Shown in pieces: positions 55,229 to 63,740 of a stretch of DNA of 64,000 bases. The notes beneath the pieces were generated by a model. That model ran no database searches and was not told where the DNA came from. It was given only the letters and a program-made list of their open reading frames with translations. The number at the start of each line of letters is the position of its first letter. Position 1 is the stretch's first letter. The stretch covers positions 896,001 through 960,000 of the forward strand of contig OZ220480.1 of assembly GCA_965116025.1 (NCBI GenBank), written 5' to 3'. The translations under genes were made by a program, and so were the position numbers. This DNA is from an uncultured candidatus Porisulfidus sp. (GTDB lineage: Bacteria; Pseudomonadota; Gammaproteobacteria; Poriferisulfidales; Poriferisulfidaceae).

Positions 55229-55962
55229 TCGAGCGACCGCCAGAACGCCCGCGCCAGTTCCGCGCATCGATCCGGCCGCGCCAGCGGAAGCGCGTGTCCG
55301 GAATCGGAAATTCGGTCAATGCGGGCCTCGGGCCGCAGGGCGCGAAGAGACGGGATCGCGCTCGCCGGGAGCAACGCGTCGGCGTCTCCCAAAACGCATT
55401 GCTGGGGAGTTGGGCAACGCGCCCACGTCGCGCGCTCGTCGGCGCGCTCGAGAAGGTCCAGTCCCGCGTCGAGCGTCGCCTGGTCCGGGATGGGCGCGCC
55501 GCGCAACCGGTCGCGAATCTGGCGCGCTCGGTCGTCTCCCTGGGCGACCAGTCCCGCGAAATGGCGCATGGCGGCGGCGCGGTCTCGCCGGACGCGGGCG
55601 CGGAAATCTCGAAACGCCGCGGGTTCGATAGCGTGGGGCCAGTCGTCGCCCGCGACCATGCGCGGCTGCGCGGCGATCAGGGTCAGGGAGCGCGGGCGAA
55701 GTCCGTCCGCAAGCGCGCGCAGCGCCACCAGCCCTCCCATCGACCAACCGATCCAATGCGCGTCCTCATGCGCCGCCAGCCGCTCGGAGTCCGGCCCCTC
55801 GGTCTCGCCGGCATTCCCGCCGTAGCCGGCGAGCGGGAACGGATGGACTTTATAATTGGGGGCGAGCCTCCTCGCCATGGGCTCCCATATGAACGAGCCG
55901 AACCCGAATCCGTGAATCAGGATCACCGGCGTCGGCGCGCTGCTGGAATTCGGATTGCCCAT
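55225..55962 (-). CDS. bioH: pimeloyl-ACP methyl ester carboxylesterase
   Basis: LIHGFG...IW, IGWSMGG nucleophile elbow, GDAD.LLP, GHA; coupled to bioC. Confidence 0.85.
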   Translation of the reverse strand: MGNPNSSSAPTPVILIHGFGFGSFIWEPMARRLAPNYKVHPFPLAGYGGNAGETEGPDSERLAAHEDAHWIGWSMGGLVALRALADGLRPRSLTLIAAQPRMVAGDDWPHAIEPAAFRDFRARVRRDRAAAMRHFAGLVAQGDDRARQIRDRLRGAPIPDQATLDAGLDLLERADERATWARCPTPQQCVLGDADALLPASAIPSLRALRPEARIDRISDSGHALPLARPDRCAELARAFWRSLE

Positions 55963-56584
55963 GAGCGCTGACATTTACTCTTCGCTGGTGCTGCTGGCCG
56001 TCGCGCTGGGCGGTTATCTTATCGGCGCGGTCAACAGCGCCTTGATTATAAGCAGGGCCTTCGGTCGGCCGGACCCGCGCGCCGAAGGCTCCGGCAATCC
56101 CGGCGCGACCAACATGCTGCGGGTCGGCAAGCACAAGGGGTGGGCCGCGGCCACCTTGGCCGGGGATATGGGCAAGGGGGCGCTGGCGGTGGCGTTGGCG
56201 GCCCACTTCGCGGAGCCATACGTCTCGACCGGCTGGCCATCGCCGGGCGTGGTGGCCGCCGTGATGGCGGTGGTCGGCCACGCGTGGCCGGTCTACCACC
56301 GCTTTCAGGGAGGCAAGGGCGTCGCGACCTTGGCTGGAGCGGTGGCCGTTCTGCATCCTGGACTGCTGGCGATGGGGCTGGCGACCTGGTCGCTTGGCTA
56401 CGCGCTGTACCGTCGGGTGTCGGCCGCGTCCATCGCGGTGGGCGTGGCGTTGCCGCTCTACGCTTGGGCAGTGGGGCGGGACTGGGATCTCCCGCTGGCG
56501 GGTCTGGCTCTGGGCGCGCTGCTGCTCTACCGACACAAGGAGAACTGGGAGCGCCTGCGTCGCGGCGCGGAAACGAGCCCGTGA
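55961..56584 (+). CDS. plsY: glycerol-3-phosphate acyltransferase
   Basis: YLIG, DPR..GSGNPGATNMLR, D..KG, GHAWP....F.GGKGVAT, RHKENW.RL. Confidence 0.95.
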   Translation: MSADIYSSLVLLAVALGGYLIGAVNSALIISRAFGRPDPRAEGSGNPGATNMLRVGKHKGWAAATLAGDMGKGALAVALAAHFAEPYVSTGWPSPGVVAAVMAVVGHAWPVYHRFQGGKGVATLAGAVAVLHPGLLAMGLATWSLGYALYRRVSAASIAVGVALPLYAWAVGRDWDLPLAGLALGALLLYRHKENWERLRRGAETSP

Positions 56585-56672
56585 ATCGAGAAGGACTGGT
56601 GGCCGGAGCCGAATCTTCGCTCCCGCCTAACGAGGTTTCGGGGGCGGGCTTGGCCATTTTGCGAAGTCCTTC

Positions 56673-57284
56673 TCAAAGCGCGCTTGGTGGTGGAACGTTC
56701 GTCGGCGTGGTGTCGCCGCGGTGCGGATTCCCGACCCGCGCCAGTGGAGCGATCACTCGTTGGAGAGACTGGCGACAGGGTCGCGCGCGAGAAGCTCCAA
56801 TCGCTTGAAAATCTCGTCGTGCGGCAAAAAAAACCGCTCTGTCTTCCTTCCAGGTATTGAGCGCTCGAATCAGCGCGGTTCTCGCGCAGCTTCCGTTCGC
56901 GTAAAATTCGTCGACTATCCAAAGAACGCCGTGCGCGCGCAAGCCGCGCTCAATGGCCACCCTGCGAAGCGCCGCGTCGCCGGTCAGCAAAATGCCCGCA
57001 TAGGCTTTCGCGGTGACGAGACAGAAGCAATCATTCGCGGAAAGGCCCGGATGGCGTGCCTTGAGCGCGATGGCTTGACCGATTTCCTCCGGCGTCAGAT
57101 CTCGCGTGATCATGCCTGCGGCCTCAAGCGCTCGCCATTGTCGCGGGGGCATGTCGAGCATTTCATGCTCGCGTATGGGGAGAGGAACCACAACCCGATA
57201 GGGCAAGCGGCAAAGCTCCTCCAGCAAGCCGCCTTTTCGCAAATCGATCAGGCAGGAAGCGTCATTCACGAGAATCCGCGTCAT
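56673..57284 (-). CDS. PIN-domain protein (C-terminus possibly frameshifted at T8)
   Basis: ILVNDASCLIDL, LSANDCFCL, LLTGD..LR..A, HGVLW; ATGA overlap with the upstream ImmA gene. Confidence 0.82.
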   Translation of the reverse strand: MTRILVNDASCLIDLRKGGLLEELCRLPYRVVVPLPIREHEMLDMPPRQWRALEAAGMITRDLTPEEIGQAIALKARHPGLSANDCFCLVTAKAYAGILLTGDAALRRVAIERGLRAHGVLWIVDEFYANGSCARTALIRALNTWKEDRAVFFAARRDFQAIGASRARPCRQSLQRVIAPLARVGNPHRGDTTPTNVPPPSAL

Positions 57285-58360
57285 TCGGGTGGTGGTCCAC
57301 TGATTTGCCGCTCGACGAGATCCAGAGGCTGATCCAGAAGCTCGGCCGCGCGCGCGGGAGAAATCAATTCCTCGCTGACCGCTCGCGCGACGAGGCTCTT
57401 GAAGCGGCGAGGCTTCTCGAAGGCCGCGAACCCGTGATCCGGGCCGATAGGATCCGGTTCCGATTTGCGCCAAGTTTTCGCGAAGGTCATGAAAGCGCGG
57501 CGCACGGAGGCGGTCGTCAAGACTCCGACTTGCCCGAGACGGATCAGCACGGCCGCCGCCGAGACGCCGAAGGCGCGCTTTAAGCGGATGATCTCGTAAT
57601 AGGAAACCCGCCGGCGGCTTTCTCCAGCCTCCTCCCGGAGGCGCTGGCCGGGGATCAGGAACGCGCCGGCAAAACGGTCCATCGCCGCTTCCAGCCCAAT
57701 TTCCGAATCGCCAGTGGAGCGAACGATTCTGTGGGCGAGCTCGTGAGCGAGCGTGAAGCGCTTGCGCTCCACGCCAATCCGGCTAGAGACGACTACGGCC
57801 TCGGCGACGCTCTCGTTCCCCCGCATGGCATGGCAGGAAAGGCCGTTGACGCTCTCGGGGAGGTTCGCGTCCACCACCTTGATCCCTTTTTCCTCGAGCA
57901 GCTCGCACAGGCTGGGAATCGGATCCATGCCGAGGCCCCAGTGATCGCGCAGCTGGTTGGCCCTGTCATCGATCTGGGCTTCGCTGGTGACGTGGCCGCG
58001 CCACCACCCATCGATCCAGTCGGCGGTGACCCGCATGTCGAGAATCCGCTCGACCGCCAGGTAGCGTTCCAGGTTATCTATCAGAATCGCTTCGGCCTTG
58101 GCGCGATCACGGACGGAAGCGCCGGAGCGCTTACGAAACTCAACGCCATCGATCTCCTCGACTTGCGCGCTCATAAGGAAGTCCAGAGAGACGTTGAGAG
58201 CTTTGCCGAGTCCGACCAGAACGGCCGAGGAGGGAAGCATCTTCCCCGTTTCGTATTTGCTGATCGCCTGCGCGGTCACTTTCGGGGTCGCCGCCTCGGC
58301 GAGCGCCCGCATGGACAGGCCCGCCCGCTTGCGGGCGAGCCGTAGTCGTTGCCCAAACAT
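57281..58360 (-). CDS. XRE HTH fused to ImmA/IrrE (M78) metallopeptidase domain
   Basis: FGQRLRLARKRAGLS..LA...TAQAISKYETG HTH; FRK; RKRFTLAHELAH; E...DRFAGAFLIP; FGVS. Confidence 0.92.
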   Translation of the reverse strand: MFGQRLRLARKRAGLSMRALAEAATPKVTAQAISKYETGKMLPSSAVLVGLGKALNVSLDFLMSAQVEEIDGVEFRKRSGASVRDRAKAEAILIDNLERYLAVERILDMRVTADWIDGWWRGHVTSEAQIDDRANQLRDHWGLGMDPIPSLCELLEEKGIKVVDANLPESVNGLSCHAMRGNESVAEAVVVSSRIGVERKRFTLAHELAHRIVRSTGDSEIGLEAAMDRFAGAFLIPGQRLREEAGESRRRVSYYEIIRLKRAFGVSAAAVLIRLGQVGVLTTASVRRAFMTFAKTWRKSEPDPIGPDHGFAAFEKPRRFKSLVARAVSEELISPARAAELLDQPLDLVERQISGPPPE

Positions 58361-58395
58361 CGTCACATCCTCATACCCATATAATGAAACTTGAA

Positions 58396-58431
58396 GTTGA
58401 CATTATAAGTTTTCTATGAAAAATTTTCAAC
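58396..58431 (-). promoter_or_regulatory. sigma70 promoter of the XRE-ImmA/PIN operon, flanked by GTTGA...TCAAC inverted repeat
   Basis: Minus strand TTGAAA-17nt-TATAAT (58430-58402). Confidence 0.75.
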
Positions 58432-58571
58432 CAATTGCTTTCTTGGGGAGGCTTCTCCGCGCGCGACGTCGGGACGGAAGTCGAGATTCTCGCTCAAAGG
58501 CGAGCTCTGGAACGTTTCGCTTGCGGGAGTCCGGCCCACGCGGCTCTCGTTTTCGGAAAGGGCCCTAAAAA

Positions 58572-58610
58572 ACCATGAAAATTAGAACTATAGATTCTAT
58601 TTTTCATGGT
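58572..58610. repeat. 39-bp AT-rich inverted repeat upstream of the DUF4143 ATPase
   Basis: ACCATGAAAATTAGAA-CTATAGA-TTCTATTTTTCATGGT, arms 15/16 complementary. Confidence 0.85.
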
Positions 58611-58624
58611 ATTATTCGCTCCTG

Positions 58625-59776
58625 ATGAGACCTCGGGACATGCATTTGCGCGCGCTGGAGAGGCGTATTCGCGCCAACCCGGTCGTGTGCATGCTGGGAG
58701 CTCGGCAAGTGGGCAAGACGACGCTGGCGCGCGAGCTGGCGCGCCGCCGGCGTGGGAAGTCGCACTTCTTCGATCTCGAAGCCTCCGCCGACCTGGCTCG
58801 GCTGACGGCGGATCCGTCGCTGGCGTTGTCGCCCTTGCGCGGACTGGTGGTTCTGGACGAGATCCAGCGACTCCCCGAAATTTTTCCGACCCTCCGGGTG
58901 CTGGCCGACCGCCCGCGCAGTCCGGCCCGATTCCTGATACTCGGAAACGCCTCTCCAGATCTGTCGCGCCAAAGCTCCGAGACTCTCGCTGGGCGCGTTT
59001 CCTACTACTCGTTGCCGGGATTCAACCTCCAGGAGATCCCGGCCCGCGAATCCGATCGTCTCTGGATCCGGGGCGGTTTTCCACGTTCGTTCACGGCGCG
59101 TGGCAATGCTGACAGTCTTCGCTGGAGGAGCGATTTCATCCGCAGTTTTCTGGAGCGGGATATCGGACAGCTGGGGATCACGATTCCGAGCGCGACTCTG
59201 GACCGCTTTTGGGCCATGCTGGCGCATGCGCACGGACAACTGTGGAACGGTTCCGAGTTGGGCCGCGCGTTCGGCGTGTCATACCATACCGTCCGTCGCT
59301 ACCTGGACGCGCTGGAATCGACGTTCATGATCCGGCGCCTGAAGCCTTGGCATGCCAACCTCCGCAAGCGACAGGTGAGGTCCCCGAAAATCTACTTCCG
59401 GGATACCGGTTTGCTGCATAGTTTCTTGGGGACGTCGACGCGCGAGGAGCTGGAGCGGCATCCCAAGGTTGGGGCTTCTTGGGAGGGTTTTATCATCGAG
59501 AACCTGATCCAGGCCCTGGACGCCGAGGGACGGCGGTGTTATTTCTGGGCCACCCACTCCGGGGCCGAGATCGATCTGGTGGTGAACCAGGGTGGCCGCA
59601 TGCGCGGCTTCGAGATCAAGCGCACGGTGGCCCCCAAACTGACTCGCTCCATCAAGACGGCCTTGGAGGATCTCGATTTGAGTCGGGTCGACGTAATCCA
59701 TGCCGGAGAGGAAAGCTTCCCGTTGGCTCGAAAGGTTCGGGCCGTCGCGGCGCGGCGGATGCTGGAGGAGATATAG
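58625..59776 (+). CDS. AAA_14 ATPase with DUF4143 and C-terminal PD-(D/E)xK-like region
   Basis: GARQVGKT, LDEIQ, ETLAGR, RGGFP, FLERDI, RSPKIYFRDTGL, EIDL......GFEIK. Confidence 0.88.
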   Translation: MRPRDMHLRALERRIRANPVVCMLGARQVGKTTLARELARRRRGKSHFFDLEASADLARLTADPSLALSPLRGLVVLDEIQRLPEIFPTLRVLADRPRSPARFLILGNASPDLSRQSSETLAGRVSYYSLPGFNLQEIPARESDRLWIRGGFPRSFTARGNADSLRWRSDFIRSFLERDIGQLGITIPSATLDRFWAMLAHAHGQLWNGSELGRAFGVSYHTVRRYLDALESTFMIRRLKPWHANLRKRQVRSPKIYFRDTGLLHSFLGTSTREELERHPKVGASWEGFIIENLIQALDAEGRRCYFWATHSGAEIDLVVNQGGRMRGFEIKRTVAPKLTRSIKTALEDLDLSRVDVIHAGEESFPLARKVRAVAARRMLEEI

Positions 59777-59912
59777 CCGGGGAAGCGAGCCTTGGCGGGG
59801 AATCTGGAAGAGGCTCGCTCCATGTCGGATCCGGGACGCGCGGTGGGCGATTCGCCGCGCAAGCGGCGCGCGGACGCTCCCGGCCCTGCGAACAAGTAGA
59901 ATAGAGACGCGC

Positions 59913-59986
59913 GCGGGTGTAGTTCAATGGTAGAACATCAGCTTCCCAAGCTGATAACGAGGGTTCGATTCCCTTCACCCGCTCCA
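59913..59986 (+). tRNA. tRNA-Gly (CCC)
   Basis: GCGGGTGTAGTTCAATGGTAGAACATCAGCTTCCCAAGCTGATAACGAGGGTTCGATTCCCTTCACCCGCTCCA. Confidence 0.95.
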
Positions 59987-59999
59987 CCGTCGCACGCTG

Positions 60000-61112
60000 A
60001 TGGACGATACGGCCACCTTCGCCAGCTTGGACCCGCAAGCGTTCATGCGCGATATCCTGCAGCGCGTCGCGACCGGCCCGGAGTACAGCAAGGATATTTC
60101 GCGGGAAGAGGCGCGGGGCGCGGTCAACGTTATTCTGGATGGCCGAGGAGACTTGGTGCAGGCGGGGATTTTCCTCATCGCGATGCGCATGAAGCGGGAG
60201 ACTCTGGAGGAGAACGCCGGAGCCTTGGACGCGTTGCGCGACCACGCCGAGTCGGCGGTGGCGGACGTGGACCGGGTCGTGGTCGTGGCCGAGCCTTGCG
60301 ACGGCTTCGTTCGGGGATTGCCGGTCGGGGTCTTCCTGCCGCCCGTCCTGAGCGCCTGCGGGACGCCCGCGATCTGCCATGGCGCCGAGATGGTCGGGCC
60401 GAAGTTCGGGGTGACGCCGAGGCAGGTCTTCAGCATCTGTGGCGCGAGCGTGGACCATGAGATCGTCGACGCGGCCGCGCGGGTGGCGGATCCCGAAATC
60501 GGCTGGTGCTACGTGGACCAGTCGCGGTCCTGTCCCGCTCTGCATCAATTGCAGGGCCTCCGAGAACGCATCGTGAAACGTCCGTTGCTGAGCACGGTGG
60601 AAGTGCTGCTCTCGCCGGTGCGCGGGCGCGCGGAGACGCATCTGGTGACCGGGTATGTGCATAAGCCCTATCCTCCGGTGTACGCGCATCTGGCCCGCGT
60701 CGCGGGATTCGCCTCGGCGCTGATCGTGCGCGGCGTGGAGGGCGGCGTGTTCCCGTCGCTGAAGCAGGCCGGAAAGGCGTTCGGGTTTCATGGCGACGAG
60801 GAGGAGACGGAATGGAACTTTCATGCCGACGACGTGGGACTCGCGCGCGACAGCCGCGCGGTGCCCCTGCCGGACGATTTGCCGGACGATAAACCGGCGT
60901 GGAGGGATCGGGTGACGCGGGCGGCCGGCATGGCTGGACTCGACGCGATGCTCGGGCGGGACGGGCCGGCCAAAGACAGTCTGCAGTACGCCGCGGCGGT
61001 GATCCTGGCGCACCTTGACGGTAGCCGGGACATCCGCCGCCATTATCGAGCGGCGCGCGAGGCCATCGAAAGCGGACGGGCGCGGGCGCGCTTCGAGGCG
61101 GGGGCGCTCTGA
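60000..61112 (+). CDS. anthranilate phosphoribosyltransferase-like (glycosyltransferase family 3, YbiB/TrpD2-like) protein
   Basis: N-terminal helical domain (REEA, QAGIFLIAMRMKRET), HG...GPKFG, GYVH..Y, RGVEG; lacks the canonical TrpD GTGGD motif. Confidence 0.65.
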   Translation: MDDTATFASLDPQAFMRDILQRVATGPEYSKDISREEARGAVNVILDGRGDLVQAGIFLIAMRMKRETLEENAGALDALRDHAESAVADVDRVVVVAEPCDGFVRGLPVGVFLPPVLSACGTPAICHGAEMVGPKFGVTPRQVFSICGASVDHEIVDAAARVADPEIGWCYVDQSRSCPALHQLQGLRERIVKRPLLSTVEVLLSPVRGRAETHLVTGYVHKPYPPVYAHLARVAGFASALIVRGVEGGVFPSLKQAGKAFGFHGDEEETEWNFHADDVGLARDSRAVPLPDDLPDDKPAWRDRVTRAAGMAGLDAMLGRDGPAKDSLQYAAAVILAHLDGSRDIRRHYRAAREAIESGRARARFEAGAL

Positions 61113-61127
61113 GGGGCCGTGGTGGCG

Positions 61128-61553
61128 ATGGACGAATCGACCCGGCTGGCCCTGGAAAGCGGCATCGCGGCGTTCGCGTCGAAGCAGTTCGCGCGCGCCC
61201 TCCAATTGCTGACCCCGCTGGCGGAGGCGGGAGAGCCGGAAGCCCAGTATCGATGCGCGATCATGTTCCAGAACGGACTTGGGTGCGTGGCGGACGCCGA
61301 GCGGGCCTTCGCTTGGATGACCGCCGCGGCCGAGGCTGGCTTGGCGCTGGCGCAGCACGGCCTCGGCTTCATGTATATGGAGGGGGAGTGCGTCGAGCAG
61401 GACGGGGAGCGCGCCGCGCTCTGGTACGAGAAGGCGGCGGCCCAGGGCCTCGCCGGCTCGCTGACCACGCTGGCCATGATGTATGAGGAGGGGAAGCTGG
61501 TGCCGCGGGATCCGGAGCGCGCTCGGGCGCTGTACAAGAAAGCGGGGTTCTGA
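61128..61553 (+). CDS. Sel1-like repeat protein
   Basis: LAEAG..EAQY, AQHGLGFMYMEG.CV.QD...A..WY.KAA.QG repeats. Confidence 0.88.
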   Translation: MDESTRLALESGIAAFASKQFARALQLLTPLAEAGEPEAQYRCAIMFQNGLGCVADAERAFAWMTAAAEAGLALAQHGLGFMYMEGECVEQDGERAALWYEKAAAQGLAGSLTTLAMMYEEGKLVPRDPERARALYKKAGF

Positions 61554-61558
61554 GCGCG

Positions 61559-62605
61559 ATGCGCCCGTCTCAGCTGGCCCGGGTGCTGGAGGAGGAGTTT
61601 CGCGGCGCCGCTCGGGGGCACCATACGCCGGCCATGGTCTGGGGGCCACCGGGCGTCGGCAAGTCGCAGATCGTGGCGCAGGTCGCTGACCGCCACTCGG
61701 CTCCGGTAATCGATATCCGGCTCTCGCAGATGGAGCCGAGCGACTTGCGCGGGATCCCGTTTCGCGTGGACGACACGGTGGACTGGGCGATTCCGGCCAT
61801 GCTTCCGAACGAGGAGCGCCACGGCCCCAGCGGAATCCTTTTTCTGGACGAGATAACGTCGGCCGCGCCGACCGTCTCCGCCGCCGCCTACCAGTTGATT
61901 CTGGACCGACGGCTCGGCCACTATCGGGCGCCGGAGGGCTGGGCCATTTTCGCGGCCGGAAACCGGCAGGGCGATCGGGGAGTAACCTACGCGATGCCTT
62001 CGCCGCTCGCCAACCGTTTCGCGCACTTCGAGCTGGAGGTCCATCTGGACGATTGGGTTCGATGGGCCTACGGCGCGGGGATTGACGACCGGGTGATCGG
62101 CTTCCTCCGATTGCGTCCAGAGTCGCTGTTCGACTTCGATGCCGAGCATAATCCCACCGCGTTTCCCACCCCGCGCTCCTGGGAATTCGCGCATCGGGCG
62201 TTGCGAAAGTTCGAGTCCGATCCCTCAGTGCTGGGCGAGGCGCTCCGGGCCTGCGTCGGGCCGGCGGCGGGAACGCAGCTGCATGCCTTCGTCCAGCATG
62301 CCGCGGAGTTGCCGGACTTGGAAGACGTGCTGGCGGGGAAGGACGCGGCCGTTCCAGAGTCGGTGGATCTGCAGTACGCCGTGGCGGCCGCGCTGGTGGG
62401 TCGGGCGGTGCGCGCCGCCGAAGAGTCCGCGCTCGACGGGACGCTGGGCCCGATCCTGACGTACGCCAAGCGATTCCCGCAACGCGAGATCGGCGTCATG
62501 CTGGTCTGCGACTTGCTGCGCGGGGTTGGGGAAGAAGTGGTTTTCCAAGCTCCGGAGTTTCGACCTTGGGCGGATCAGGTCGCGGAGCTGCTGGTCTACG
62601 ATTGA
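61559..62605 (+). CDS. MoxR-like AAA+ ATPase
   Basis: WGPPGVGKS, DIRLSQMEPSDLRGIP, LFLDE, AAGNR, PLANRF, FPTPRSW. Confidence 0.9.
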   Translation: MRPSQLARVLEEEFRGAARGHHTPAMVWGPPGVGKSQIVAQVADRHSAPVIDIRLSQMEPSDLRGIPFRVDDTVDWAIPAMLPNEERHGPSGILFLDEITSAAPTVSAAAYQLILDRRLGHYRAPEGWAIFAAGNRQGDRGVTYAMPSPLANRFAHFELEVHLDDWVRWAYGAGIDDRVIGFLRLRPESLFDFDAEHNPTAFPTPRSWEFAHRALRKFESDPSVLGEALRACVGPAAGTQLHAFVQHAAELPDLEDVLAGKDAAVPESVDLQYAVAAALVGRAVRAAEESALDGTLGPILTYAKRFPQREIGVMLVCDLLRGVGEEVVFQAPEFRPWADQVAELLVYD

Positions 62606-63738
62606 TGCCAGCGGCGCGCGACGCGAAAATCCGGCTGGCGCGGGCCCGTGCCCGACTGGTTCTGGATCGTCCGTTTTTGGGCGCGCTGGCGTTGCGACTG
62701 CCTCTGGTGGAAGGTGGGGACTGGTGCCGGACCACCGCCACCGACGCGATCAATTTCTACTACAACCCGGACTACATGGACCGGCTGACCGGAGAGGAAA
62801 TCCAGTCGGCGCTCTGTCACGAGGCGCTCCACTGCGCGCTTCTTCATCTGCATAGGAAAGGGCGCCGCGCGCGAGGGCGCTGGGATGTCGCCTGCGATTA
62901 CGCGGTGAACGGCTTGCTGGTCGCCGAGGACATGATCCTCCCCCAAGGCGCTCTGCACGAACCGAAGTTCGCGGATCTCACCGCGGAGGAGATCTATCCT
63001 TGCCTCGACGAGATGGAGGACAAGCGGACCCAGGATTTGCATATGTACCGCGACTCGCCGACTCGGGACGTTCCGCTCGGGGGTCCACCTCCGCTGGATT
63101 CAGCGAAGCGGGAGGCCATGGCTTCCACTTGGCGAGCCCGGGTCGCGAGCGCTCTGGAAGCGACCCGGCGGGCCGGACGGTCGTCCGAGAGTTTCGAGCG
63201 GCATTTCTCTGCGCAGTCGACGCCGCGCTTGCCGTGGAGGCAACTGCTCGCCCGTCACGCTGGCGCGCTGGCGCGCGACGACTACAGCTATCAGCGCGCT
63301 TCCACGCGGCGGGAAGGCCCCGCCATCTACCCAAGCCTGCGCGGTCGCGAGATCGATCTGGTCGCCGCTTTGGACGTCAGTGGCTCGATCTCGGAATCCG
63401 AGATCGCGGAGTTCGTTGGTGAGGTGAACGCGATCAAGGGAACCTTGCGCGCTCGCATCACGTTGCTGTCCTGCGACCAGGACCTGTCCCCGGAAGCCCC
63501 GAAAACGTTCGAGCCTTGGGAAACGTTGGAAATGCCGACCCGGGTTAGCGGAGGCGGCGGCACGTCATTTCGGCCGGTCTTCGAATGGGTGGGTCGCCAA
63601 GACCGCGCGCCAGACCTGTTGCTGTATTTCACGGATGCCCAGGGCCGCTATCCGGACTCCGAGCCGCGCTATCCGGTATTATGGTTGGTCAAGGGCCGCG
63701 CGCGCGTGCCGTGGGGCGAGAGAGTCCAGTTGAACTGA
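62605..63738 (+). CDS. metallopeptidase-like (HExxH) plus VWA-like domain protein (DUF2201 type)
   Basis: PFLG.L, T.ATD, HEALH, W..ACDYAVN, MIDAS-like LDVSGSI, GGGGTSF.PVF, YFTD. Confidence 0.88.
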   Translation: MPAARDAKIRLARARARLVLDRPFLGALALRLPLVEGGDWCRTTATDAINFYYNPDYMDRLTGEEIQSALCHEALHCALLHLHRKGRRARGRWDVACDYAVNGLLVAEDMILPQGALHEPKFADLTAEEIYPCLDEMEDKRTQDLHMYRDSPTRDVPLGGPPPLDSAKREAMASTWRARVASALEATRRAGRSSESFERHFSAQSTPRLPWRQLLARHAGALARDDYSYQRASTRREGPAIYPSLRGREIDLVAALDVSGSISESEIAEFVGEVNAIKGTLRARITLLSCDQDLSPEAPKTFEPWETLEMPTRVSGGGGTSFRPVFEWVGRQDRAPDLLLYFTDAQGRYPDSEPRYPVLWLVKGRARVPWGERVQLN

Positions 63739-63740
63739 CC

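Noticed and set aside
60000-61112. Calling this gene trpD
   Set aside because: It lacks the GTGGD PRPP-binding motif and has no trp context, so it is reported only as TrpD-like.
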